NCBI GenBank assembly: GCA_041675085.1
Contig: JBAYUN010000001.1
Coordinates: forward strand, 9,829 to 73,828
Direction: 5' to 3'
DNA from: Minisyncoccota bacterium
Lineage (GTDB): Bacteria; Patescibacteriota; Minisyncoccia; Phycocordibacterales; UBA9973
DNA: 64,000 nt
The notes beneath the pieces were generated by a model. The model made no database searches and was not told where the DNA came from. It saw nothing but the letters and a program-made list of their open reading frames with translations. Shown here in pieces: positions 1 through 8,850 of this stretch. Made by a program: the position numbers and the translations under genes. Each line of letters opens with the position of its first letter. Positions within the stretch are counted from its first letter, which is position 1.

Positions 1-683
1 TCTTCGCCTAAAATACCGTCCTTGATTTTGGTTAATAAGTGCTTATAGTCACTGTTAATTTCTGCCGTAATTTCTTTGACACTTTTACCACTTAATTTTA
101 ATTGCCAAAGTAGTTTCAAAAGCTCATCACCAACATCAATTTCCAAGGTTTTGTCATTTTCTTTTTTTCTAATCTCACTCCAGTTTTCTTGAATGTCTTT
201 TAAAGTTGTCCAATCGAAAATCTGAACATAACGACCCTCAGAAGAAATCAGGTGTGCGTTAATGTCTTTATTTTCGTCCGTGTCGACAATCATCAAACTT
301 GGTACGTTCTCTCTAGGCATATTTTTAGACCTAGGCGGGCAGATGATGTGTTCGTACGTAAATAGCTCCATATCTCCTCGATAGACCACATTAAAATCAA
401 ACTCTGATATAAGCTTCTTGACCTGACCCCTCAGTACCTCCACTTTTTTGGAATTGTTATGTTCCCATAAAAATGCTTCCTGCTTATCGTCAGTTGGCAC
501 ATCATCACTTTCAAGATTCTTTTTTAGCGTAGCAACCTGCTCAATGTAGTAGGGGTGGTCAAGAAATAAAGATATGAGCTTCGAGCGATTTTCTATGTAC
601 GGATTTTCTCCGTAATTTCGTTTCAGAATAATCTTTATTTCACCCAAGCGCTGTATTAATTTTTTAATAAATTGGTTAACCAT
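1..683 (-). CDS. Hypothetical protein, partial (runs off the window edge)
   Basis: Not in the ORF track. ATG at 683 opens a stop-free frame to base 1 (MVNQFIKKLIQRLGEIK...LWQLKLSGKSVKEITAEINS...). Starts 9 bp after the DUF488 stop. Confidence 0.75.
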   Translation of the reverse strand, partial: MVNQFIKKLIQRLGEIKIILKRNYGENPYIENRSKLISLFLDHPYYIEQVATLKKNLESDDVPTDDKQEAFLWEHNNSKKVEVLRGQVKKLISEFDFNVVYRGDMELFTYEHIICPPRSKNMPRENVPSLMIVDTDENKDINAHLISSEGRYVQIFDWTTLKDIQENWSEIRKKENDKTLEIDVGDELLKLLWQLKLSGKSVKEITAEINSDYKHLLTKIKDGILGE

Positions 684-692
684 ATTTTAATA

Positions 693-1073
693 TTACTCTA
701 TATGCTCCACACTTACACCTCTAGCTTCAAATGAGGGGGTAAGAACTGAAAACCTGTGGCATTTTTTGAAATCACCCTCCGAGCACATCACACAAACTTT
801 TTTGCCAGTATTAACTGTTTCAACAAGCTCGTCTATTGTCTCCTCATACGCCGTGTTTTCGCCTAAGCCACCAAGATTAGACCCTTTGAATAGATAAGTT
901 ATATCTGCCTTAGCAAGCTCCTCTGAGAGGGCTTTTTGATTGAACTGAGGGCAGAACCTACTCCTTGGAAAACTCCTCACATCAACCAATATATCAATTT
1001 GATTATCTCGGAGTTTTTGTAAAAACTCCGAATACGCTCGACGACTATGACCGAAAGAAAAAATTTTTATCAT
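693..1073 (-). CDS. DUF488 family protein
   Basis: Motifs IFSFGHS, ILVDVRSFPRS and VMCSEGDFKKCHR. Confidence 0.85.
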   Translation of the reverse strand: MIKIFSFGHSRRAYSEFLQKLRDNQIDILVDVRSFPRSRFCPQFNQKALSEELAKADITYLFKGSNLGGLGENTAYEETIDELVETVNTGKKVCVMCSEGDFKKCHRFSVLTPSFEARGVSVEHIE

Positions 1074-1081
1074 TTTATTTT

Positions 1082-1630
1082 TTAATTTAATTCAAAAACT
1101 AAAGTATCCTTAGTTTCAGCTTTTTCAATCTCTAATGCATACGGAATAAAATCTTTAGGAACTTCATAGACAATTACTCCTTTTTCTTCAATACCTCTTC
1201 CTAAGTCTCGTCCGTCAATTGCACGCTTTTCTGCTCCAATAGCACCACTGCTTGTTGTTTGAAAAATATCGTAACTTACTCCATTACGATCAGAAAGTAG
1301 AATTCCATTAGGATATAATGTAAAAGTGCTATTTGTAGTATTTATAATTGATACATCAACCAGTATAAAAACTGTTGTGTCTTTTGAATATGTTGTGCCA
1401 AACAAAGCACCATTTATCGTGTTTACAACCTCAAAACCATTCACTCTTAATGATAGGGTGGCAAGTTGACCATCATCCCCGAATGGTACGATTGTTTGAC
1501 CCCTTGTTTCAGATGTCTTTGGTTTCGTATCCCAAGCATTATTTGTGGGCTTAAAAGCCACAAAAACACCACTCAGGGCGATTAAAAAAAGCAAGACGAT
1601 AATACTAAATTGGAAAGATTTTTGAGACAT
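1082..1630 (-). CDS. Membrane-anchored DUF4352-like surface protein
   Basis: N-terminal TM helix followed by FILVDVSIIN...LSDRNG..Y...GVIVYEVP. ATG at 1630 preferred because it avoids overlap with the upstream gene. Confidence 0.7.
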   Translation of the reverse strand: MSQKSFQFSIIVLLFLIALSGVFVAFKPTNNAWDTKPKTSETRGQTIVPFGDDGQLATLSLRVNGFEVVNTINGALFGTTYSKDTTVFILVDVSIINTTNSTFTLYPNGILLSDRNGVSYDIFQTTSSGAIGAEKRAIDGRDLGRGIEEKGVIVYEVPKDFIPYALEIEKAETKDTLVFELN

Positions 1631-1634
1631 AGAA

Positions 1635-2021
1635 TTATTGCAATCTACAATCACGGGCTAGCTCATTTAGACTTGTTATTAACCCTTGTGCATTGGAAGT
1701 CTTACTCTGCGACAAAGCACGATTAGCGGTCGCTTCAAATCGTGTGCCTCGTGCTTTGTCCGCTATCACTTCAAGTCCAGCGACCACCATCTTATCTGTT
1801 ACTGAAACTTGATCTCCATTTACTATCTCTAGATATTGCTTGACCATAGCACAAAACGCTACGTCGTTACCCGATTGTGCCTGCTGTGTTGTCACAGGTG
1901 TAGGTGAAATAGTTTTCGTATTTGAGGCATTTGAAGCAATCACTACGAATAAGATAGTAATGATAATGACCAGAAACACAACTATATTGTTTACTTTAAC
2001 TTTTGCTTCTTTTTGTTCCAT
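1635..2021 (-). CDS. Membrane-anchored hypothetical protein
   Basis: N-terminal TM helix, Thr/Pro/Gln linker, two Cys. First gene of the operon. Confidence 0.7.
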   Translation of the reverse strand: MEQKEAKVKVNNIVVFLVIIITILFVVIASNASNTKTISPTPVTTQQAQSGNDVAFCAMVKQYLEIVNGDQVSVTDKMVVAGLEVIADKARGTRFEATANRALSQSKTSNAQGLITSLNELARDCRLQ

Positions 2022-2053
2022 AAAAAATAAAAAGCTAGCTGATAATTGCTAGC
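2022..2053 (-). terminator. Leader terminator/attenuator directly before the start codon
   Basis: Minus strand GCTAGC-AATTATCA-GCTAGC followed by TTTTTATTTTTT then ATG. Confidence 0.55.
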
Positions 2054-2069
2054 GTGGGTAAAACGCACA

Positions 2070-2150
2070 GAACCCTACGCCAGCTAGGACTTTCGTCCAC
2101 ATACCAGTTTCCCGATATGACCCACTCAAGAGTTGCTGAACGTAGGGTTC
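2070..2150 (-). ncRNA. Cloverleaf structured RNA resembling phage C4 / P4 CI antisense RNA
   Basis: Perfect 10 bp closing stem (2070-2079/2141-2150), two GAAA-capped hairpins (2087-2098, 2100-2119), and a 12 nt segment (2120-2131) complementary to 2156-2167. Confidence 0.65.
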
Positions 2151-2234
2151 AGTATTCTTGAGTGGGTTTTGCAACCATATCCTAAAGTTTCGACGCTCTG
2201 AGGGGTTAGGTTGACTTTATTCAATTGTGATTAA

Positions 2235-2262
2235 ATTATAGCAAAAATACCCACTAAAGCAA
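2235..2262 (-). promoter_or_regulatory. Sigma70-type promoter for the structured leader
   Basis: TTGCTT-16 bp-TATAAT with a TG extended -10. Confidence 0.6.
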
Positions 2263-2331
2263 AGATATATTAGTAGGTTATACCAATCGAATATAATTTA
2301 AGTATAAATAAGAAAAAGTAAGTAACTTGAT

Positions 2332-4107
2332 TTAATCAAGTTGCTTGTAGTCAACCTTAAGGAATCGTTTTCTACGATTAAACCTCGCTCTAATGTGATC
2401 TTCGATGTTTAATTTTATTTGATTCTTTCGTTCTTCATTTTCAATTTTGTCTCTATTAAGAGTAAGAATATACTGAAAAGATTCACCCTTTTCCTCTTGT
2501 TCGGCTAGATAATTGAGGCTCTGTACTAATGTGTCTTGATCAACGTCAAATATATTATCGTGCACAAGAAACATTGGATGTCGGGTACTTGTATAAGCAT
2601 TAAGCATTAGAGCGATATCGTAAATAAAAACTTTGGTTCTGTCTACGCTGTGACTTCCATCATCTGGTATTCTGAAATCTAGTTTAACAATCTGTTTACT
2701 TGTAGCAGATTTCACTGTCTCAATGTCAAAAACAATTTCAGCATTACCCATAATATATTCGTGAATGCTGGTCAGAGTTTTATTAAAGTCACGAATAATT
2801 TTTTGTGTGTCAAAAATTTTGTCATCTAATTCTGAAAACAAGTTGTCTTTTTGTCGTTTAAGCGTATCAATCTCTCGGTCTATCCTTTCGTATTCATCGA
2901 GATTGGATGTTGTTGCGGAATACTGATCTTTTCTTCTTGAATATGTATAGAAACTTTCCTTTAAGCTACTTAAAACATCATTTTTATCCACATTAGTTAA
3001 GATCGCAGATCTCTTGTCATCTAATATGTTGAGTTCTTCTTGTATGCTTTTAATTTCTGATTTAATTTCTTCTGCTCTTTCATTAATTAGTAGATTCTGA
3101 TACTTTTCTATCTTCTTTTTGAAATTAACGACTTTTTCTATTGATTCAGAAACAACAGAACCTAATCCTGACTTAAACTTGTCGTATATTAACTGAACTT
3201 CAGAAATATTAATAGACTCAACTTTTGGCATTGATTCAATTCTTTTAATTTCGTATTTTAATGCTAGTTGTCTTGTACGTAGCTTATCTATTGATGCATT
3301 AATACTGACCAAATCATCTTGATTCTGCTGAAACAGTGGTTCTGTTTTGAACTTATCGAGTGCTTCCTCTACTCGTGATAAATCTAAATCTAAGGCATTT
3401 AATTCTGCCTTAACATCAGATATTTTTTTTGCACCAGAATCAGTTAGTCGATTTTTAATATGAGAGTACGTTTGGCTTTTTCCTTCAATAGTTTTAAGTA
3501 TTTTTTTTATTTCCGTTATTAAAATAGCATTTATATTGAAAAAATATAGGTGCGTTTTTGCTAGATTTGAGTAAGGAATCTTATCTCTGAGATCGTGACA
3601 ATTAACAATATCCTTAAACTCAGAATCCTCATCTCTTATTAGAGGACTTATCAGCTGTCTAAAGGTTGGGCGTTCAATATCAGCATCTATCTTGCCACCA
3701 TAAAATAGGTTCGTTAAATAGAGGAGTGCTTCATCCACACTCTTGTATATATTTACTTCATCCTCAGTCTCAATAATGGGTTTCGATGATTCAGCTTTTG
3801 TTCTTTCAATTGTTATGTCCTTACCATTAACTGATAAGTCTAGGCGTATTCTTACATCATCTTTAAATTTATCTAAAGGGATTTTAATTACACGACTTGA
3901 ATCCTCATCTTTTAATAAACAAAAATTGATAAATTCAACGCACATTGATTTCCCAACACCATTGGTTTTTTTATCTTTCCTTGTTTTTTCATTTGAGACT
4001 GTTTCTTTATCTGACACTTTTTCACCCAAAATAAGATTAATACCATCCTCAAAAATGATAGGCTCAAAAGTTTCTGGTATTGAATAAAGTTTTTTTAATT
4101 TAATCAT
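2332..4107 (-). CDS. lmuB: Lamassu/ABC-3C SMC-like ATPase (LmuB, DUF2326-type)
   Basis: Walker A NGVGKS, long coiled coil, C-terminal DGSHS...YDIALM...FLVHDNIF. Confidence 0.8.
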   Translation of the reverse strand: MIKLKKLYSIPETFEPIIFEDGINLILGEKVSDKETVSNEKTRKDKKTNGVGKSMCVEFINFCLLKDEDSSRVIKIPLDKFKDDVRIRLDLSVNGKDITIERTKAESSKPIIETEDEVNIYKSVDEALLYLTNLFYGGKIDADIERPTFRQLISPLIRDEDSEFKDIVNCHDLRDKIPYSNLAKTHLYFFNINAILITEIKKILKTIEGKSQTYSHIKNRLTDSGAKKISDVKAELNALDLDLSRVEEALDKFKTEPLFQQNQDDLVSINASIDKLRTRQLALKYEIKRIESMPKVESINISEVQLIYDKFKSGLGSVVSESIEKVVNFKKKIEKYQNLLINERAEEIKSEIKSIQEELNILDDKRSAILTNVDKNDVLSSLKESFYTYSRRKDQYSATTSNLDEYERIDREIDTLKRQKDNLFSELDDKIFDTQKIIRDFNKTLTSIHEYIMGNAEIVFDIETVKSATSKQIVKLDFRIPDDGSHSVDRTKVFIYDIALMLNAYTSTRHPMFLVHDNIFDVDQDTLVQSLNYLAEQEEKGESFQYILTLNRDKIENEERKNQIKLNIEDHIRARFNRRKRFLKVDYKQLD

Positions 4108-4349
4108 CGTTTATATATATATGGTTCAGCAAAATCAATAATTCCTGATTGATAAAGGAAAATAAGAGTAAACATAAACTGTCGATAGTTTAACGATCCA
4201 ATTTCTGCTTTTAGCTTTAAAAAAATATCGTCTAGCATAACTTTTTTTTCTTCTGTCTTGCTTATTTTTTTTAAAATTAAATAACCAAGATAAGGAGGTG
4301 AAGTTTTTAGTTTTTCATCTTTATTAATCATATTAATTAGGGAAAACAT
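4104..4349 (-). CDS. lmuC: Lamassu/ABC-3C middle component (LmuC-like)
   Basis: 81 aa gene overlapping both neighbours, with a winged-helix-like F..TLIFLYQSGII motif. Confidence 0.7.
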   Translation of the reverse strand: MFSLINMINKDEKLKTSPPYLGYLILKKISKTEEKKVMLDDIFLKLKAEIGSLNYRQFMFTLIFLYQSGIIDFAEPYIYKR

Positions 4350-5289
4350 TACACTTAATTAATTCGTCTAAGACATAAAATCGAATCGCTTGGTAGTCAT
4401 ATTTCTTACCTGATTTATTTAAACATTCTGAAAAGTATTCAGTTAGCATATCGATTGCTTTTTTGGGATCTCCGTTTGTTTGTGTAAGAAAAATATCGCT
4501 TTTTATTCTTAGAAAATTTCTAATGAAATTAATCTTTACTGAATCCAAACCAAGAGTATTGTCTACCTCGCTCCTCGCAAGTGAATACCTTGGCAATAGA
4601 TCTACTATTTGATCTCTTAGGAATTGAGAATACTCAGAAAACCTATGCTCAATTTTATTCTCAGGATCTGGTTCTTCCAGCCATTGTTTTGTTTCGTTAC
4701 TTTTATTCGTGCTAAGGAAAACCACTAGATCAGCTATAGTCTCAATTTCATTCGCTAATGTCGCTTCAGGAGCACGGTCTTTTTGACTATCAAACTCTTT
4801 TCTTAGAAAACTACATATCTCCTTTATTTTATCAATATCATCTAATGATCTAATTATGGTTGTCAGTCTAGATAAATCATATATATCTCTGTCTTGGTCG
4901 AAATCAATATTGTCAGGAGAAGTAAATTTTGATTTTGACGCAGTTCTCCTAGAGACAATTAACATAAATCTTAGCGAATCAAATCTTTCTGATAATTTAT
5001 GGTCATTAAATTTTTTAATCGTTTTATCAATTTTTGCTTTCTTTTTTTCAGAAGTAACCTGAAAAGATACTCTAGCGTCACTATCTCCAAGGTCGATTGC
5101 AGGGAAATTTAAATCGAGTTCATTTAAATTTATTAAGTTTAGTTTGAATACAAGATTAAGAAGTTTACAAAAAAAATCTTCTGAAAGACCATTGATATCA
5201 TTCAAACCATTCGTGTTGTGTATTTTAACCAGAGACTCTAAACGACTAAAATAACTTATGATTTCATTGATAAGATTTTGTCGTTCCAT
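4333..5289 (-). CDS. lmuA: Lamassu effector (LmuA): SMEK nuclease-like domain plus ABC-3C C-terminal domain
   Basis: N-terminal DIN..SEDFF..LLN...NFPAIDLGD....FQVTS (SMEK). C-terminal PDPENKIEHRF...CNVFP. Confidence 0.75.
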   Translation of the reverse strand: MERQNLINEIISYFSRLESLVKIHNTNGLNDINGLSEDFFCKLLNLVFKLNLINLNELDLNFPAIDLGDSDARVSFQVTSEKKKAKIDKTIKKFNDHKLSERFDSLRFMLIVSRRTASKSKFTSPDNIDFDQDRDIYDLSRLTTIIRSLDDIDKIKEICSFLRKEFDSQKDRAPEATLANEIETIADLVVFLSTNKSNETKQWLEEPDPENKIEHRFSEYSQFLRDQIVDLLPRYSLARSEVDNTLGLDSVKINFIRNFLRIKSDIFLTQTNGDPKKAIDMLTEYFSECLNKSGKKYDYQAIRFYVLDELIKCNVFPN

Positions 5290-5430
5290 AATTCACTTAT
5301 TATAATATATTTTAAATTTAAAATATATAGTAACTTATTCCATAAAGCACAGAAAATAGTCGAAAACTCTATGTACTTCAACTCCAAAAAAGCTCCTCCC
5401 AATGCTGAGCAGACGGTTTCAAAAGGTTAT

Positions 5431-5922
5431 TTAATAATTAACTTTATGTTGCTTCAAAATGTTTTCCAAATACTCAATTCGTTGAGTTTTTTGTTGTAAT
5501 TGATACTTTAATACTCCATTAATCGAAAATTCCTCAGGGCATTTTCTTTCAAGAAACCAACGTACCATTTTCAAATCTCCGTTTACTATAGCGTTGTAAA
5601 TTGCAACTCTAGCAAGAAAAATTGGCGTGGTCTGCAAAAGTTCAATTTTGTTGCGAAACTCAGGATATTTATTGCAGTAACGATAAAAAGAATCTGTTGA
5701 AATATCCGCAAAACAACAAGCTTCTTTAGCTGTTGCACCAATTGAAAAAGCGTATTGTAGTTTCGCAATAACTACATCAACGTTTTTACCATCAAAAAGG
5801 GGTCTCCCTGTCTTAATGTTTGGATTCGACACGACCTTATAATAAGCAGATGGTTGAAGCAAAAAATCTTTCACGTTCAACTCCTCAACATCAATCTTCA
5901 TTTTGTAGCTTGTAATACTCAT
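5431..5922 (-). CDS. Phage terminase small subunit-like HTH protein
   Basis: GRP...KLQYAFSIGAT.KEAC.FADIS...FYRY...PEF...AR...WFLERK..EEF pattern typical of phage HTH/TerS-like proteins. Confidence 0.55.
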   Translation of the reverse strand: MSITSYKMKIDVEELNVKDFLLQPSAYYKVVSNPNIKTGRPLFDGKNVDVVIAKLQYAFSIGATAKEACCFADISTDSFYRYCNKYPEFRNKIELLQTTPIFLARVAIYNAIVNGDLKMVRWFLERKCPEEFSINGVLKYQLQQKTQRIEYLENILKQHKVNY

Positions 5923-6091
5923 AGTGTTCTATATCCTAGTGGGTAATCTTTATTTATAAAAAATGTCATATTATAACGCTTATACTGCATAGCTTGGAAT
6001 GATTTGATAAAATCCAAATACTTCATTCCATCGTTTTACTTCACCTTGTAAGGTGTTCCATTCTATGCACAATGGGGTCACAAATTTAAAT

Positions 6092-6313
6092 ATGTACATA
6101 AAAGTCAGAGTTAAAGCCGGAGCTAAGAGGGACGAGATAGAGAAGGTGAATGAGAATACCTTTAATGTTGCGGTTAAAGCTGACGCTCGGCAGAATATGG
6201 CCAATAAAAGCGTAGTTCGGCTTGTAGCTAAATACCTAGAAATTGAGGAAAATAAAGTACGAATTATCAACGGACATCAAAGTCCTAGTAAGTTGATTTC
6301 TATTTTGGATTAA
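6092..6313 (+). CDS. DUF167 (UPF0235/YggU) protein
   Basis: IKVRVKAGAKRD...ANKSVVRLVAKY...IINGHQSPSK. ATG at 6092 preferred over the track start. Confidence 0.85.
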   Translation: MYIKVRVKAGAKRDEIEKVNENTFNVAVKADARQNMANKSVVRLVAKYLEIEENKVRIINGHQSPSKLISILD

Positions 6314-6322
6314 TGCGTAGAA

Positions 6323-7270
6323 TTATTTAGTATGCAGATGCAGATAAATATCTTCTAGAGCTTTGACTCCGTCGCCTGAGGCTATGTTGTTCTGATGATA
6401 CAGGACGTTGGTGCAGTCTCCCGCAGCCCAGACGCCTTCGGTAGTAGTCTTGTTTGTCCAAGGATCTATCTTGATACGGCCTATCTCGTCTAATTCTACG
6501 ACTTCTGAAGCAAAAGAAGTATTTGGTATCTGACCTATTTCTACGAAAATCCCAGAGACTTTTAGAGTCACTTCTTCATTAGTATTTTTATCACGATAGA
6601 CTATGCCGTCTACGAATTTGTCGCCTTCTACTCTCAAAATATCGACATTTTTAATGCCTTTGAATTTTGGATTTTTGGAAAGTTTCTCGACAGTGATTTC
6701 TTCGGCGCGGTATTCAGGGCTACGATGAAGTAAGGTGACAGAATTACAATAAGCGAGTAATTGAGAAGCAGATTCAAAACCAGCGTTACCTCCGCCGATA
6801 ACTACAACGTCCATACCTGAGAATACAGGTCCGTCGCAACTCGCACAATAGGTGAGACCTTTGTGTTCTAGTCGGTCAGCATTTTCAGCCACTAATTTCC
6901 TACGGCCACTACCGGACGATATTAAAATAGTTTTAGAAATAAATTCTGTACCGCTCTCGGTTTGTATAGTAAAAGTATTGTCTTGGTTTTTAGAGAGTTT
7001 GACGACTTTTTCACCTTCTTTGATTTCTAGAGTAGCCTCAGGATTAGTTTCACTTTTAGCATTCGCTAAAACATGACTTTTAAAGCTATTCGCTAAGTCA
7101 TTTCCAGTAATACTTGGTGAGCCTATCCAATTGTAAATATACTCAGATACAATACTCTGACCGCCCCATTCAGCGAGAACTAATAAAGTTTTCATTCTTT
7201 TACGAGCTGCATAAACACTAGCCGAAACACCCGCCGGACCACCTCCAATTATTATTAAATCGTATATCAT
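6323..7270 (-). CDS. trxB: Thioredoxin reductase / AhpF-like FAD disulfide oxidoreductase
   Basis: GGGPAG, CASCDG, GGGNAG and WAAGD motifs. Confidence 0.85.
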   Translation of the reverse strand: MIYDLIIIGGGPAGVSASVYAARKRMKTLLVLAEWGGQSIVSEYIYNWIGSPSITGNDLANSFKSHVLANAKSETNPEATLEIKEGEKVVKLSKNQDNTFTIQTESGTEFISKTILISSGSGRRKLVAENADRLEHKGLTYCASCDGPVFSGMDVVVIGGGNAGFESASQLLAYCNSVTLLHRSPEYRAEEITVEKLSKNPKFKGIKNVDILRVEGDKFVDGIVYRDKNTNEEVTLKVSGIFVEIGQIPNTSFASEVVELDEIGRIKIDPWTNKTTTEGVWAAGDCTNVLYHQNNIASGDGVKALEDIYLHLHTK

Positions 7271-7333
7271 ATGGATATTATATCATATTGGTATAAAAAA
7301 ATATCCAGAATTAGATCTTTGATTACTAAATAG

Positions 7334-7444
7334 AAAAAAACTAATATTATGTTTTTTCGGTACAGATTTTTTGAAGCTTAAAAAATCCTGAAGTTTGCTC
7401 GCCGTCGCTCGCAAAACCCCTCAAAACATAGTATTAGTTTTTTT
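7334..7444. repeat. Palindromic intergenic element (22 bp arms, structured core), related to 47788-47885
   Basis: Arms aaaaaaactaatattatgtttt / aaaacatagtattagttttttt (1 mismatch) enclose two inner hairpins. Confidence 0.7.
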
Positions 7445-7446
7445 TG

Positions 7447-8733
7447 CTATTTCTTATTTCTGCGTAAGAAAGCTGGTACTGCAGACCAATCATCACCTTC
7501 GTCGTCGATGATTATTTCTTCTATGACTTCAGGCTTTTTTTCTATCTTTTTTATAAAATCATTATTTTGAATATTATTTACAGGGATAGAGTTAGTAGTA
7601 GAACTGGGAGTGTTTGTATTGTTGTTTGCATTATTTGCATTCAAGATAGAATTATTTGAGCTTGAAGAATTGTTTTGGATACTGTTGTGAATTTCTCTTT
7701 TTGCTACGACTACGTTCTCTTCTTTTAATACAGGTTGATTTAGGATAGCTGTACTGAAAAGAGTTTTTCTTGGCATATCAGTAGGGAAGTTGGTAGCTAT
7801 GACTGTAACTTTCAATTCTCCTTTTTTGAGTTTTTGATCATTGATAGTTCCGAAAATAACTTTTGCGTCTTTGTCTATAGATTCGGTGATTATCTTTGCA
7901 GCTTCTTGGATTTCGTGGATAGTAACGTCGTCACCTCCAGAGATAGCAAAGAGTACTCCTTTAGCTCCATGAATAGAGACTTCGAGTAATGGAGAATTGA
8001 TAGCTTGTACAGCAGCTTTCTCTGCGCGGTTTTCGCCAGATGCAGATCCGATACCCATAAGAGCACTACCAGCGTCAGACATGATAGCTTTGATATCTGC
8101 AAAGTCTACGTTGATGATACCTGGAGTAGTGATAAGGTCTGAGATACCTTCGACAGCTTGGCGCAAGACATCGTCACAAGTAGAGAAAGCATCTTTAAAG
8201 TTAGTATTCTTTTCAGAGATTTGTAGTAGTTTGTCGTTCGGAATGATAATGATAGCGTCGACTTCTTTTGCTAATTCTTCGATACCTTTTTCTGCGAGTT
8301 TAGTGCGGTGATTTCCTTCAAAGAAGAAAGGCTTGGTGACTACACCAACAGTGAGGATACCTTGTTCTTTTGCACATCTTGCAATGATAGGAGCAGCACC
8401 TGTACCTGTACCTCCGCCCATACCACAAGCGATAAATATCATGTCAGCTCCTTTGATAACATCTTGGATTTCGGCTTTAGTTTCTTCGGCTGCTTTTTTA
8501 CCAATTTCAGGATTCATTCCAGCACCGAGACCTTTGGTTAGATTTTTACCAATGTGAATTTTCTTCTCTGCGAGAGAATTGTGTAAGTCTTGAGTATCTG
8601 TGTTCATCGCAATAAAAGTCACTCCTTTAACTTTGGAATTTATCATGTGATTGACTGCGTTCTTGCCAGAGCCTCCAACTCCGATGACTACGATACGAGC
8701 AAAACTTTCTATTTCTGGGTTTACTTTAGGCAT
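7447..8733 (-). CDS. ftsZ: Cell division protein FtsZ
   Basis: GMGGGTGTG tubulin motif and C-terminal VPAFLRR. Confidence 0.98.
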   Translation of the reverse strand: MPKVNPEIESFARIVVIGVGGSGKNAVNHMINSKVKGVTFIAMNTDTQDLHNSLAEKKIHIGKNLTKGLGAGMNPEIGKKAAEETKAEIQDVIKGADMIFIACGMGGGTGTGAAPIIARCAKEQGILTVGVVTKPFFFEGNHRTKLAEKGIEELAKEVDAIIIIPNDKLLQISEKNTNFKDAFSTCDDVLRQAVEGISDLITTPGIINVDFADIKAIMSDAGSALMGIGSASGENRAEKAAVQAINSPLLEVSIHGAKGVLFAISGGDDVTIHEIQEAAKIITESIDKDAKVIFGTINDQKLKKGELKVTVIATNFPTDMPRKTLFSTAILNQPVLKEENVVVAKREIHNSIQNNSSSSNNSILNANNANNNTNTPSSTTNSIPVNNIQNNDFIKKIEKKPEVIEEIIIDDEGDDWSAVPAFLRRNKK

Positions 8734-8850
8734 GTTATTTTGAATTTTAAGTTAATAATTATAATACTTTATATGGAATATAATAGCAGAAAACAAAAAA
8801 AAGCAAAAGCTTACGTTTTTTGAAAAAAAGGGTATAAAAATCCTGTAAAT

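Larger units (their letters stand above)
1..5950. mobile_element. Accessory island / prophage remnant (left end outside window, right boundary approximate)
   Basis: All minus-strand non-core genes: terminase-small-like gene, Lamassu defence system, C4-like RNA, DUF4352, DUF488. Core genes resume at 6092. No integrase or att pair visible. Confidence 0.55.

Noticed and set aside
2070-2150. tRNA or hammerhead ribozyme
   Set aside because: No T-loop, anticodon arm or CCA, and no CUGAnGA core.
7550-7700. Asn/Ser-rich low-complexity stretch in ftsZ
   Set aside because: This is the normal disordered FtsZ linker.
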